Shown here piece by piece: positions 23,201 to 31,583 of a stretch of 64,000 bases of DNA (positions are counted from its first letter, which is position 1; each line of letters opens with the position of its first letter). Location: positions 6,228 through 70,227 of the forward strand of contig CAITYU010000078.1 of NCBI GenBank assembly GCA_903896675.1, read 5' to 3'. The translations under genes were made by a program, and so were the position numbers. The notes beneath the pieces were generated by a model. It did not search any database. It saw nothing but the letters and a program-made list of their open reading frames with translations, and was not told where the DNA came from. The stretch is from an uncultured Planctomycetaceae bacterium (GTDB lineage Bacteria; Planctomycetota; Planctomycetia; Planctomycetales; Planctomycetaceae).

Positions 23201-23733
23201 AGCACCTCTGGATCATCTCGCCACTCCGCGAAATGCCATCCGTCATCAGTGACAGCCCAGTGCTTACAGCCGAACAACAGCAGTTACTCCTGAAGCAGGA
23301 TCTTCGCTCAGGACTCAGTCTCCTCGCAAAAACCAACTCACGAAATCCTGATCAGAATCCGCTGACCACTGAACAGCTCGCCGACTCCCTCGGAAACTCC
23401 GTCACCACGTTCATGCACCGCGAAAACCATGAGTCCGGGAGACGCACTATCCGACTGCACAGAACCACCACCGATTCCATCAGTATCTCATTCCGCAGAC
23501 ACCTCGAGCTGACCGCCATCATCCCGATCGGAATCGGCCTTTTCCTGATGGTTCTGGCTGTGATCTCGGGCACGGGATCATCCACCGGCACTCAGAATCT
23601 GACCACCGTTGTCGCATCCCGCAGCATGATTCAGTCCACGACACTCAACCCGACCCATCCTGAACCGTTCAGCGTTCCGGAAACTGCCCCATCAAACCTC
23701 GATTCAGACGCCCCGCAGGCCATCAGAAACTGA
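17296..23733 (+). CDS. Giant envelope protein B (2145 aa): two tandem units of the gene-A architecture
   Basis: The ATG at 17296 lies 1 nt after the gene-A stop (TGA 17292-17294) and gives the signal-like leader MPGLYLILFSLFLQVGTGQA. TM helices are encoded at about 20255-20450. An internal signal-peptide-like segment MLSIRSLLRYLRSFRNFAILHGLGLLVTLTAQSAMAQE starts at an in-frame ATG at 20449. The last TM is LTAIIPIGIGLFLMVLAVISG, near the C-terminus. Confidence 0.85.
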   Translation: MPGLYLILFSLFLQVGTGQADPQPPRTSAAIDSADARTAPPDSTATTNPGQLSELIAAGEYVPLSQKDLIALQKLLTTSREPAAPTIRMASYAAEFRGRTLAAGTLQFGLYRPQQAAFGNGLLLGRTSLRQLQLRDPQGPVPLGADPERRLFILKPGLTGDLSGTWTADGLVSGDSTIFRLELPASSATSLQLKTPPETEVTGLGCLVLGPQTTESGLFWDLLASEPARLAFSCRNTAQLMASEPLTLTSYSASHVLNGDIMSSRWTIGLPQNAPDLTVLSARLSTNARVTAVRTDENRSVQWETHNSENSQNLLIRLTDAGSAGSLTVSAASVIPDADKWDLPALSLQEWQITTETRGALLTPPGIVSVSLPSTVNIDEWSLSGMQERDVVPGPDQSRTYQLTQYSSDATATVRTSTTAAVLSDAVATVLQPTGQLAAVRCFVNVQCRDAAVIELKWPINAGWQIVAARYASNNRALYFEQRSASGTDASDGTESSVLTVHLPETLEPDTSRVIDLQMQQSETADPAALQPPLAVAPDVERSAAWLLYSPATLTGSRLSARWSGGLQSMANQTFLAAAPWFPAASISEETLCYYGGDSLPQMPPDTQPVQCRVAHQLRTDGDGVVVENLQIECSPPQSQSSITLRVGAEFAEEISWTVNGQTVNPAWRPAPGTENSWRDAAFQLPQTGNNTTVIISGTIRRAVTEEFSAAVPFLPDAETTSAVITLPPSDLKILSVTGLQESTAGSENAQLASWILPIEPQTILIRRSSPEVRNPIQSADAACYHLIRERNGQVEHRMLAVIDVTGPVIENQLLFDTARTNPHILVEGRRIAAEQGPSGLRIPLPAAADRCRVVLTWVPEYTPLENIRSRLTLSGLRSINGNGVQFVHHLLIAPELEPELPPSEFRVADSSTAPQLEKLLLRNTPENTITSADSAGLTSGPHAETTLFQLYWELSRTRGWTRAWFVQPDTDGNPMSLEVTQKQRRRIVAAGMGVVFFGICLSCSTLLLRNPQAAALPVILLSLAGLFEFTPVVHAALQGAFWGSAGALLLMLSIRSLLRYLRSFRNFAILHGLGLLVTLTAQSAMAQETTQESRSPQTENAPPPDILTPPQTPETAGIAFVRRSYLQQLRQLEQLLPEKSGAVVRSLKAIVTASAPDSVELRLQLVVSVPSSDQPRSLTLPTHGTQLVSCEVDGQLVFPDPQLPGQLSIPIPASISVPELPIASANQNGRSVPADEVAAFSEHVVVCRLRPPTLRQPSGLQFRIPAPPSPQSEIEIVATEGLFSDARLQSADGFIQWKPADGSVAFNGLAGGDSVDVRLLQTELDRSRANPARVEVMTVAENTTGLQSLNCYCRFEQWNPLSTVIRYRIPDGFRLLSAAAAAGFQNPELLWSTENQSAVIALPGVVPADFILHLQLRSTRPLPLQQQLIPVHQLNQFADCTPTTDGILALRANPIFAPITPDRSLATPLSFTDVSPRWGPWLRRSDLIFRISQNSASLQITAPDRTATNEVRISQECTFTEQYLNWTCRMDVETSALAVFRHRITIPEKIIVQNVEVTAGEANRLASWHRRGNQVIILLREGTTGLHAITLQGTREILPDDADLRISSPTLEKSQILESSLVLTDQSGTGLVFADTGDAVSDPPIMPGDVLQRGTSLRLTVVGETRPIRLTRLNPVDPQGAIAAWWLADRLQFAVRLTQWSVALGPLEMNFPENTVFVSEPAVLSNREKYALQRQGQRFFVDGSAIRSLFGQSDFTVIWSLPLPERKSAPGNEPASVPWPTISERITWSELFIAEQPPAQQSPESRMPDWTLDAGRLQMAVSGARELEYAQRLPADQFIRNMNIRLPIPPAANEADSGPGNSLVAVSATVVSAQPGQSPAAETEFLVFSRVSPFTCIVEVPDTVAVTELPKNVYATWEAPGRRRLLLSSGTNLARFTLRWLARLTADQNRQSGLRLACPYVRNSQLRQHLWIISPLREMPSVISDSPVLTAEQQQLLLKQDLRSGLSLLAKTNSRNPDQNPLTTEQLADSLGNSVTTFMHRENHESGRRTIRLHRTTTDSISISFRRHLELTAIIPIGIGLFLMVLAVISGTGSSTGTQNLTTVVASRSMIQSTTLNPTHPEPFSVPETAPSNLDSDAPQAIRN

Positions 23734-24772
23734 CCCCCGCGCGCACCAACCACGTGCTGTCCAGCGAAGTTTCGTCTGCACCGCTTTCCCATGAAAATGA
23801 GCGGTCAAATACTAGGCCACATTCCATGAAGGCCGATTGATTTTCAGGCAGCAGCTGCTCCAGACCCAGCATCAGTCGCAAGTCCCGGATCGTCAGCTGA
23901 TCAGACATTCCCGAGGCTCGCTGCACCGCCCACGTGTTGCCACCAAAGACTCCGGAAAGATAACCCCACAACTCGCTGTTCTGACCATCCTTCATCAAAC
24001 GCCTTGAAATCCGCGGAGACGGAAACTGCACGTCAATTCTCCACTCACGACTCGGAGTCCACAGCAACCCCGCCGCAGGCAATATCGGGAAGTCATCTCG
24101 CCCCGTGTACACCGCCCCACCGGACAGCGACAACTTTTCCGGAACGGCCTGCCACGTCAAAAGACCCAAACCAAACAGTCGCACTGCTCCGTCACTGTTT
24201 CTGAAGTCCGTTCGCACACCCGGGGTAACAATTGCCATCGTACTCAGACGATCGGTCAGAGTCCTTCGCCAGAAGCCCCGCACACCCGTTTCATAAACCT
24301 CGGAGGGCAGATCAAACATCGCACTGGAAGTCAGGAAATCCGCGCGAAAAAATGGCGTTATCAGCAGAATATTCTCAAAACTTCCAAGAGGCACTCCGAA
24401 TGTTGTCGACGCATCCAGCGAACCAATTGCCAGTCCGGATGAGGAGTCGTCATGCAGGTAACTGCTGATCAATGTACCCCCCTGCCAGCATCCCTTTTTG
24501 CCCTTCGGGATCGGCAAATCCCCGCAGTCATCCGCACAGCCCTCATCACCCGAATGATTGAAAAACTGCTCCGGCTCGGGAAGACGCCGATTGAACTCGA
24601 GGTCGGACATCTGGTCCGCGGCCGCACTGTCCCCGGACTCTGACACTGCCAGCTCCTCTGGCACGATGGATGCAGGCAGCCATTCGTCATCCGCACCAAC
24701 GGGTGCGGCACACAACGCAACTGCGAGCATGACCCGATACAGGCACTTCCAGCGCAAAGAATGTCGGTTCAT
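23723..24772 (-). CDS. Putative outer-membrane beta-barrel protein
   Basis: ATG at 24772 gives the signal peptide MNRHSLRWKCLYRVMLAVALCAAPVGA. The sequence has an alternating beta-strand pattern and ends ...WLVRAGVSF, where a terminal aromatic residue is typical of BAM substrates. Its 3' end overlaps the gene-B 3' end by 11 nt. Confidence 0.7.
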   Translation of the reverse strand: MNRHSLRWKCLYRVMLAVALCAAPVGADDEWLPASIVPEELAVSESGDSAAADQMSDLEFNRRLPEPEQFFNHSGDEGCADDCGDLPIPKGKKGCWQGGTLISSYLHDDSSSGLAIGSLDASTTFGVPLGSFENILLITPFFRADFLTSSAMFDLPSEVYETGVRGFWRRTLTDRLSTMAIVTPGVRTDFRNSDGAVRLFGLGLLTWQAVPEKLSLSGGAVYTGRDDFPILPAAGLLWTPSREWRIDVQFPSPRISRRLMKDGQNSELWGYLSGVFGGNTWAVQRASGMSDQLTIRDLRLMLGLEQLLPENQSAFMECGLVFDRSFSWESGADETSLDSTWLVRAGVSF

Positions 24773-25006
24773 TATTGCTCCGCTGCTGCTGCTCCACACA
24801 CCCTGCGGATCGACGCCAGCCGCCCTGCGCACAGGCCCCCCCGGCGCACATCGCCCCGTGGAGGTCTTCGGCATTCTCCGATCATTCCCCCGAAAACGAA
24901 TTCACGGATCCTTCGTTACAAACGGAAACAACGGTCCCTCCGCTGCCTCATCGGCAATTGCTGCCGCACAGGCACCCCACACTTTCGGCTGCTCTGCCCC
25001 TCTGCC

Positions 25007-25744
25007 TCAGCCACTGTCCGCCTTCAAACCATGAAACAGCAGACTCCCGATTCGCAGCAGTGTCGCCCCCTCCTCGACAGCCTGCTCAAAATCTCCGCTC
25101 ATGCCCATCGACAACTCCGACAACCGGATCCCCCGCTGCCGCGTCGCCGGCAACTGGCTCAACAGGTTCCGCAAATGCCGCAGCTCTGCAAAAACAGGCC
25201 GCGCCTCCTCCGGATCAGAACTCTCTGCAGCCATTGTCATCAGGCCACGAATCTCGACCTGCTCTGCATACTCCAGAACCGAATCCCAGACACGAGGCAG
25301 TTCATCGGCACCAAAGCCCGTTTTCGAATCTTCCCGCGATACGTTCACCTGCAGCAATACCGCGGGACGCCTGCCCGGAACCGCGCCGGCAGCAATCGAC
25401 TGCAGCAGTCGCAGTGAATCCACGGAGTGGATCAGGGCAGCGTGCCGCAGCGCCAATGGCACTTTGTTCCGCTGCAAATGACCAATCAGATGCCATTCCA
25501 CTGCTGGCAGCTGCTGACAACGTTCCGCCAACTGCTGTGGACGATTCTCACCAAAAACAGGATGCAGACCTGCCAGAATCCGCACCCACTCCCAGTCAGC
25601 ATATTTCGTAACTGCGATCAGCCTGACTTCGCTTCGCTCTCGACCCACCCTTCCACAGGCGGCATTGATTCGCAGCAACACATCGGACAGATTCGACTGA
25701 AGCACCCGCTGCATTTCCACCATTGCAATCGGCTCCCTGCACAA
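25007..25744 (-). CDS. yggS: YggS-family pyridoxal-phosphate homeostasis protein
   Basis: VRLIAVTKY carries the PLP Lys. FGENRPQ, WHLIGHLQRNK and LSMGMSGDFEQAVEEGATLLRIGSLLF complete the canonical YggS/PLPBP pattern. The true start may be an internal Met at 25723 or 25714. Confidence 0.9.
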   Translation of the reverse strand: MCREPIAMVEMQRVLQSNLSDVLLRINAACGRVGRERSEVRLIAVTKYADWEWVRILAGLHPVFGENRPQQLAERCQQLPAVEWHLIGHLQRNKVPLALRHAALIHSVDSLRLLQSIAAGAVPGRRPAVLLQVNVSREDSKTGFGADELPRVWDSVLEYAEQVEIRGLMTMAAESSDPEEARPVFAELRHLRNLLSQLPATRQRGIRLSELSMGMSGDFEQAVEEGATLLRIGSLLFHGLKADSG

Positions 25745-25952
25745 TCCTGAACAGGCCAGTGCAACCTCAGCACCGACTCACGACCAGACCCACCACACTC
25801 CCCGGATTCAACACACCACGGTGACCTCTTTTTAATCTGCATTCCGGAAAAATCCGTGAAAATTTTCAAACCCCGGAAAACACGCGCGTTATCATGCAGC
25901 CCCCGCGCGGCTTCTTCCCCAACCACCCCCAGTGTCATTCGTGAATGTTCTC

Positions 25953-27875
25953 ATGAAACCCTCGCCAGCAGAACTCCTCCGATTTCGCACTCCTCATTTA
26001 CACGTGATCACCACGCTCATCGCAGCCATCGCATCAGTGATCACGGCACCCGTCTGCCCGGCAACAGATCAGCAAACTGCACTTCCGACACTTGATCCCT
26101 CAGCACCCGGACTGCGCATGCCGATTGATGCCGCAGTACATGATAATGTTGTCTTCACAGCCAATTCCCGCAGTGGGTCCATCACCGCTGTTGACCAATC
26201 CGGACTGAATGTCGTCAGCGAATGGAAAGTCGCCGATTCGCTCAGTGCTGTCGAATCCACAGGACGCCTCCTCCTGGCACTCGACGACTCCGCCGGCAGG
26301 CTCCTGGTCCTGAAACCTGATCCCGCAGCCCGCGAACTGAAACTGCTCAGCCAGCATCCACTGCCCATGTCTCCTGTGGATCTCGCCGTCAGCAGTGACG
26401 GAGGAATGGTCGCTGTCTCCTCGCTCTGGTCAGCATCCATATCCCTGCTCGCTCTTGATTCCGCTGGAATACCCCACCTGCAGGCTGAAGTCCCGTTACC
26501 CTTCTCCCCACGCCGAGTCCTGTTCAGTGACTGCTGTACAGTGATCGTCGCTGACAGCTTCGGCGGACAACTCGCAGCCGTTGATGCCACCAGTGGAAAT
26601 ATCCTGAAGAACTTCTCCGTACACGGACACAACATTCGCGGACTCGCTGTCAACGCACGCACGAATTCACTGCTTGTCTCCTGCCAGACTCTCGATTCCA
26701 GCACCTTCACCACCTATGAACGAGTCTTCTGGGGTGTGCTGATGCAGAATGGACTGCATTCAATTCCGCTGCAGGACCTGTTCTCAGCTGCCCCACAGGC
26801 TTCTTTCATAAAAAGCAGTGCAGAACGCCATGAGTTTCAGCAGGGTGGCAACTACACAGTGAATCCGGACGCCGTTGCATCCGCACCCGCCTACGCTCAA
26901 ACATCAGGTACCGGACGCTCCACGTATCCCCTCGGTACGCCCTCCATCGGATCCGGCGACCCGGGAACTATTGCCGTTACTAACACCGACGCAACAGTAC
27001 TGGTACTTTCAGGAACCGGCCAGGTGGCTTTTCGCACGGCCAGTCATCTGCCCTTCGAACGCATCCACGCCGGCAAAAGACCGGAATCCATCTGCCTCTC
27101 TGCCGATCAGAAACTCGCGTTTGTTGTCAACCGCTTCGAAGATTCAGTTACAGTCATTTCTCTCCAGCCCGACTCCGCTGCTGTCCGAACAACCGTGGCA
27201 CTGGCTCCCATCCGACCACTTACACAGGAGGAAATCGGCGAGCAGGCTTTCTACGATGCCCGCATCTCACTCGACGGCTGGTACAGCTGCCATTCCTGCC
27301 ATACAGATGGACACACCAACGGAATGCTGGCGGATACTTTCGGTGACGAAGATCGCGGAGCACCCAAAAAGGTGAGCTCACTGCTGGGAGTCGCCACCAC
27401 CGGCCCCTGGGCATGGAATGGCAGCAAAAAACAGCTTGAAGAACAGGTGCACACATCACTGCTCATTTCAATGCAGTCACAGCTTTCCACCGAACAGTTG
27501 CCGATTGAGCCAATCGCAGCCTGGCTCCGCACACTCCAGCCGGCGCCAGGACTCGCTGCTGCTCGCAGACAATTGCCGGATCCGCAAACTCTGTTGCAGG
27601 CCAGACTGGTTTTCAAAAACTCAGGCTGCAGCAACTGCCATGCCGGCACAGCCCTCACCAGTGCCACTGTCTTCGACGTCGGAATCCACGATGAACAGGG
27701 AGAAACCGAATTCAATCCCCCGGGACTCGCCGGTGTCAGCCAGCGCGGTCCCTGGTTTCATGATGGTCGCGCATCTTCACTCGAAGACGTCCTCAGATCC
27801 GGACACCATGATCCAACCAGTCCTCTCAACGACTCACAGATCCGGCTGCTGCTGATGCTGCTGGAAACACTATAG
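25953..27875 (+). CDS. Beta-propeller (YVTN-like) fused to a di-haem cytochrome c peroxidase/MauG-family domain
   Basis: There are two CxxCH motifs (CHSCHTDGHTNG and CSNCHAG), and the C-terminus reads PWFHDGRASSLEDV, as in bacterial CCPs. The N-terminal ~400 aa are repeat-rich and beta-type. The signal-like N-terminus starts at ATG 25953. Confidence 0.85.
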   Translation: MKPSPAELLRFRTPHLHVITTLIAAIASVITAPVCPATDQQTALPTLDPSAPGLRMPIDAAVHDNVVFTANSRSGSITAVDQSGLNVVSEWKVADSLSAVESTGRLLLALDDSAGRLLVLKPDPAARELKLLSQHPLPMSPVDLAVSSDGGMVAVSSLWSASISLLALDSAGIPHLQAEVPLPFSPRRVLFSDCCTVIVADSFGGQLAAVDATSGNILKNFSVHGHNIRGLAVNARTNSLLVSCQTLDSSTFTTYERVFWGVLMQNGLHSIPLQDLFSAAPQASFIKSSAERHEFQQGGNYTVNPDAVASAPAYAQTSGTGRSTYPLGTPSIGSGDPGTIAVTNTDATVLVLSGTGQVAFRTASHLPFERIHAGKRPESICLSADQKLAFVVNRFEDSVTVISLQPDSAAVRTTVALAPIRPLTQEEIGEQAFYDARISLDGWYSCHSCHTDGHTNGMLADTFGDEDRGAPKKVSSLLGVATTGPWAWNGSKKQLEEQVHTSLLISMQSQLSTEQLPIEPIAAWLRTLQPAPGLAAARRQLPDPQTLLQARLVFKNSGCSNCHAGTALTSATVFDVGIHDEQGETEFNPPGLAGVSQRGPWFHDGRASSLEDVLRSGHHDPTSPLNDSQIRLLLMLLETL

Positions 27876-27884
27876 GAACTGGCC

Positions 27885-28475
27885 ATGATCCGAAAACTCT
27901 GGAAGGACCTGTGGCGTGTGCTGGCATTCACAGGACTCCTGTGGGTGGCATGGTCCGCCAGCAAGCTGGTTGACATCATGTTCCTCACACTCCAGCCACG
28001 CACTTTTTCCGGCCTCATCGGCGTTGCCACGATGCCCCTGATACATGAGGACCTGAATCATCTGCTCGGAAATACGATCCCACTCACCGTGCTCCTGCTG
28101 ATGCTGCAGACCACACAAAAGCACTGGCCCCGCATTCTCGCTGCACTCTGGCTCTTCAGTGGACTCCTCGTCTGGTCACTCGGTATCAGTGAAAAGTACA
28201 CGGGTGCCAGCACCCTCATCTACGCCACAGCCGCATGGCTCATCACAGCCGCATTTCTTGAACGCCGCATGCTGGCCATCGCCGCCGCTGTGCTCGTTCC
28301 CGTTCTCTTCGGACCACTGTTCTGGGGACTATTCCCGACAGCCGGCTCGCACGTGCCGTGGGACGGGCATCTGCTCGGGGCTGTTGCCGGCGCTGCGCTC
28401 GCCCGAACAATAATCCGCAGCTCGGACAACACCACCGACAACCGGGAAAACTCCCGAAATCAGCCTCATTCCTGA
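27885..28475 (+). CDS. Rhomboid-family intramembrane serine protease (putative)
   Basis: About six hydrophobic helices, with HEDLNHLLGN (H..N.H...N region), a GAS-type serine motif (TGASTLIY) and a distal His in a G-rich helix (GHLLGAVAGAAL). Confidence 0.7.
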   Translation: MIRKLWKDLWRVLAFTGLLWVAWSASKLVDIMFLTLQPRTFSGLIGVATMPLIHEDLNHLLGNTIPLTVLLLMLQTTQKHWPRILAALWLFSGLLVWSLGISEKYTGASTLIYATAAWLITAAFLERRMLAIAAAVLVPVLFGPLFWGLFPTAGSHVPWDGHLLGAVAGAALARTIIRSSDNTTDNRENSRNQPHS

Positions 28476-28568
28476 AGTCTGCGGCCGCAGCTTTGGACTT
28501 GACCCCCAAAGCTGATCCCGCATAGAAATGCGGCTTGTCTCGCGCTATTGTCGACCACGGACGGATCG

Positions 28569-30563
28569 ATGCAGAATTTCCTACGAATTTCGCTCTACGT
28601 GCTCAGATATCGGAAGCTTGTCGTGCTCTCCGTCGTCTGCGCCCTCATCGTTTCCGCCTTCTGGGCCCTGAATCTGTCAATTGCCTTCCCCGTCGTCAAA
28701 GTGCTGTTTCAGAATGACAGCCTGCACGAATTCGTAGACACGGAAATTGCCACTCGCCAGACAACCATCGCCCAACTCTCAGATTCACTCGAACAGGTTC
28801 CCGAAGCCGATGTGAAACGCCGCGCCAGACTACAGTACCTGATGGGTGAAGAATCCCGACATGTACTGCTGCTGACCCGCATCCGCAACTCGGTGCTGCC
28901 CTGGGTGCCACAGGATCGTTTTGACACCATGGCTGTCATCCTCGGCGTCCTCCTGCTCGCCACAGTGATCAAAGGCCTGTTCATCTATTTCCAGGAACTC
29001 CTCGTCGGCAGTATCGTCCAGCTCACGGTGAACGCCATCCGACAGGACTGCTTCCGAGCAGCCCTGCGACTTGATGTCCAGTCTTTAAGCCGCATCGGCA
29101 CCTCATCGCTGATGTCCGGAATGACCAACGATATCGAACAGATGACTCAGGCCATCCGCGTCTTCGGAGTCACACTCGTGCGTGAGCCACTGAAAGCGGG
29201 TGCCTGCACTGTGCTGGCTTTCTTTGTCAACTGGCGACTGGCCCTGCTGTCAATCACCATGGTCCCGCTTCTTGGACTGGTTTTCAGTTTCTTCGGAAAA
29301 CGCCTCCGCCGAGCCTCGCATCGCACCATGGAAAGCATGGCCAGGATCTACGAATGCATCTCTGAAACCTTCGGGGCCGCACGAATCGTAATCGCCTTCT
29401 CCGGATTCCGTAAACACCGCAGACAGTTTCTGAAGGCCAACCGCGAGTACTACGCCGGATCGATGAAGATCGTGATGCTGGGAGCACTTTCACGACCTAT
29501 CTCTGAGACCATGGGAGTACTGGGAGTCTTCGCTGCACTGGCACCCGGAGCCTATCTTGTGCTCCGCGAAACCGACACAATCCTCGGAATTCAGCTCGCT
29601 GCTGAACCTATGAGCATCGCCGAACTGGCGACACTCTACGCCCTCCTCGCAGGCACGCTCGACCCGGTCAGAAAACTGTCCAGTGTGTTCGAACAGATCA
29701 AACGCGGAATGGCCGGCTGTGAGCGAGTCTTCGGACTCATCGATCGGCGAACGATCGTCCCCGAGCCAGCCTCGCCACGAATGCTCATCCCACACAACTC
29801 GCTGATCACCTTCCGAAATATCAGCTTCCGCTACGATACCCCGGAAATGGAAGGCTCCGCTCGGCCACTGGCCCTGAAAAATGTCAGCCTCGACGTCCGA
29901 TTCGGAGAAGTGATTGCTGTCGTAGGTGGCAATGGATCCGGAAAATCCACTCTGCTCAGCCTCCTGCCCCGCTTCATGGATCCGGACGAGGGACAGATAC
30001 TTATAGACGGCGTGGATATCCGGGAATTTCGCACGGCAGACCTGCGCGGCCAGATTGGCCTCGTTACTCAGGAAACTTTCCTTTTCAACGACACCATCTA
30101 CGAGAACATCCGCTACGGGAATCCAAATGCCACAGCCGAAATGATCCAGCAGGCTGCTGAAAAAGCCCAGGCATCCGTTTTCATTCAGCAACTGCCCGAC
30201 GGTTACCAGACTGTCGTCGGTGAAAAAGGTGGAAAACTCTCAGGTGGCCAGCGACAGCGAATCGCACTCGCTCGCGCGATTGTCCGAAACCCCTCGATTC
30301 TGATCCTCGACGAAGCAACTTCCGCCGTCGATTCGCACAGCGAAGATGTGATTCATACCGTCCTGAAGGATTTCGCCGTCGGTCGCACCGTGTTCATCAT
30401 CACCCACTCTCTCAGCAGTGCCTTCCTTGATCTCGTCGATCGCATTGCTGTGCTCGACCAGGGACAGATCAGAGCCCTCGGAACTCTCAGTGAACTGCAG
30501 CAGAACGCACCGGCAACACTGCAAATGCTGCAACCGGAAATCCTTCATTCACGCGCCGCCTGA
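28569..30563 (+). CDS. ABC transporter, fused permease/ATPase, MsbA-like lipid/LPS-precursor exporter
   Basis: An N-terminal 6-TM domain is followed by Walker A GGNGSGKST, the signature LSGGQRQRIALARA and Walker B ILILDEATSAVD. Probable start is ATG 28569; the longest ORF starts at TTG 28548. Confidence 0.9.
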   Translation: MQNFLRISLYVLRYRKLVVLSVVCALIVSAFWALNLSIAFPVVKVLFQNDSLHEFVDTEIATRQTTIAQLSDSLEQVPEADVKRRARLQYLMGEESRHVLLLTRIRNSVLPWVPQDRFDTMAVILGVLLLATVIKGLFIYFQELLVGSIVQLTVNAIRQDCFRAALRLDVQSLSRIGTSSLMSGMTNDIEQMTQAIRVFGVTLVREPLKAGACTVLAFFVNWRLALLSITMVPLLGLVFSFFGKRLRRASHRTMESMARIYECISETFGAARIVIAFSGFRKHRRQFLKANREYYAGSMKIVMLGALSRPISETMGVLGVFAALAPGAYLVLRETDTILGIQLAAEPMSIAELATLYALLAGTLDPVRKLSSVFEQIKRGMAGCERVFGLIDRRTIVPEPASPRMLIPHNSLITFRNISFRYDTPEMEGSARPLALKNVSLDVRFGEVIAVVGGNGSGKSTLLSLLPRFMDPDEGQILIDGVDIREFRTADLRGQIGLVTQETFLFNDTIYENIRYGNPNATAEMIQQAAEKAQASVFIQQLPDGYQTVVGEKGGKLSGGQRQRIALARAIVRNPSILILDEATSAVDSHSEDVIHTVLKDFAVGRTVFIITHSLSSAFLDLVDRIAVLDQGQIRALGTLSELQQNAPATLQMLQPEILHSRAA

Positions 30564-30614
30564 AACGCCCGCAGGACGCACTCCCATACCTCTGCAATCT
30601 CCGGAACCGAAACC

Positions 30615-31583
30615 ATGTCGGCATCCGACACTGCTGTTGTCTGGCGGTTTCTGGATGGACGCACCGGCCACGAAAACCAGGTGCTGGCTCTCTCAGAAGC
30701 CATTGCTCGTCGACGAAACTGCAGGTTTTATGACATCTCAGTCAACGCCGCACCAATCAGCCTGAGCCAATCCGCCGTCAGCACAAATCACGGCTGCCAC
30801 TTGCTGCCGACACCTCATCTGCTCATTGGCGCTGGACACCGCACGCATATACCAATGCTCCTTGCTCGACGCCGCTTCGGTGGAAAAGCGGTCGTGCTGA
30901 TGAAACCTACACTCCCCTGCCACTTCTTCGATGCCTGCCTTATTCCCCACCACGACTCAGTCTGGATCACTCATGCCGGAGTCCTCCGGACACAGGGAGT
31001 CCTCCATCGTGTGCGACCCTCTGACCGACTCTGCCCCCGCACCGGATTAATGCTGATCGGGGGCCACTCACGGCACTTCGACTGGGACAGTCAGACTGTC
31101 GCAGTTCAGGCCCACAGGCTAATCACGCAGACACCGGTTACATGGACCGTCGCCATTTCCAGAAGAACGCCCCCGGACTTCCTTCAACACCTGTATAGTC
31201 ACCCGGCAACTGCCACCATTTCAGCCGGAACCCTGCCCGCGTCGGAACTCCTCACACTGATGAATACCGCCGGACGAATCGCCGTCACCTGCGACAGCAT
31301 GTCCATGATCACCGAATCCCTGAGTTCCGGCGCCGCTGTCAGCCTGATTCGAATGCCGCTCAGTAAATCCTGCCGAATTTCCCGCGAACTCAGCAGGCTG
31401 GTCCGCACCGGAAGATTCCTTGAACAATCGGACAAGCAAGTTTCACCGTCACTGCCAACTCAGGCACCCGTGTCTGAAAGCGATCGCTGCGCCGCCTTCA
31501 TCGATCAAATGCTGCCACAGTTACCCGAAATACTCCCGCAGTCTGCTGATTACAGACGGGCCCTCGCGGGAGTCCCGGTATGA
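30615..31583 (+). CDS. ELM1/GtrOC1-family putative glycosyltransferase (DUF1022-like)
   Basis: The N-terminus VVWRFLDGRTGHENQVLALSEAI and the ~320-aa size match my recollection of the bacterial ELM1-like family found in LOS/LPS core loci. Family assignment is by eye only. Confidence 0.7.
   Translation: MSASDTAVVWRFLDGRTGHENQVLALSEAIARRRNCRFYDISVNAAPISLSQSAVSTNHGCHLLPTPHLLIGAGHRTHIPMLLARRRFGGKAVVLMKPTLPCHFFDACLIPHHDSVWITHAGVLRTQGVLHRVRPSDRLCPRTGLMLIGGHSRHFDWDSQTVAVQAHRLITQTPVTWTVAISRRTPPDFLQHLYSHPATATISAGTLPASELLTLMNTAGRIAVTCDSMSMITESLSSGAAVSLIRMPLSKSCRISRELSRLVRTGRFLEQSDKQVSPSLPTQAPVSESDRCAAFIDQMLPQLPEILPQSADYRRALAGVPV

Noticed and set aside
28481-28512. Palindrome CTGCGGCCGCAG followed by the stem GCTTTGG-(9 nt)-CCAAAGC after the rhomboid gene. 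I considered it as a terminator.
   Set aside because: No T-tract follows. The MsbA-like gene starts about 55 nt later on the same strand, so read-through is more likely. The loop contains a TTGACC that could equally be a -35 element. The evidence is inconclusive.
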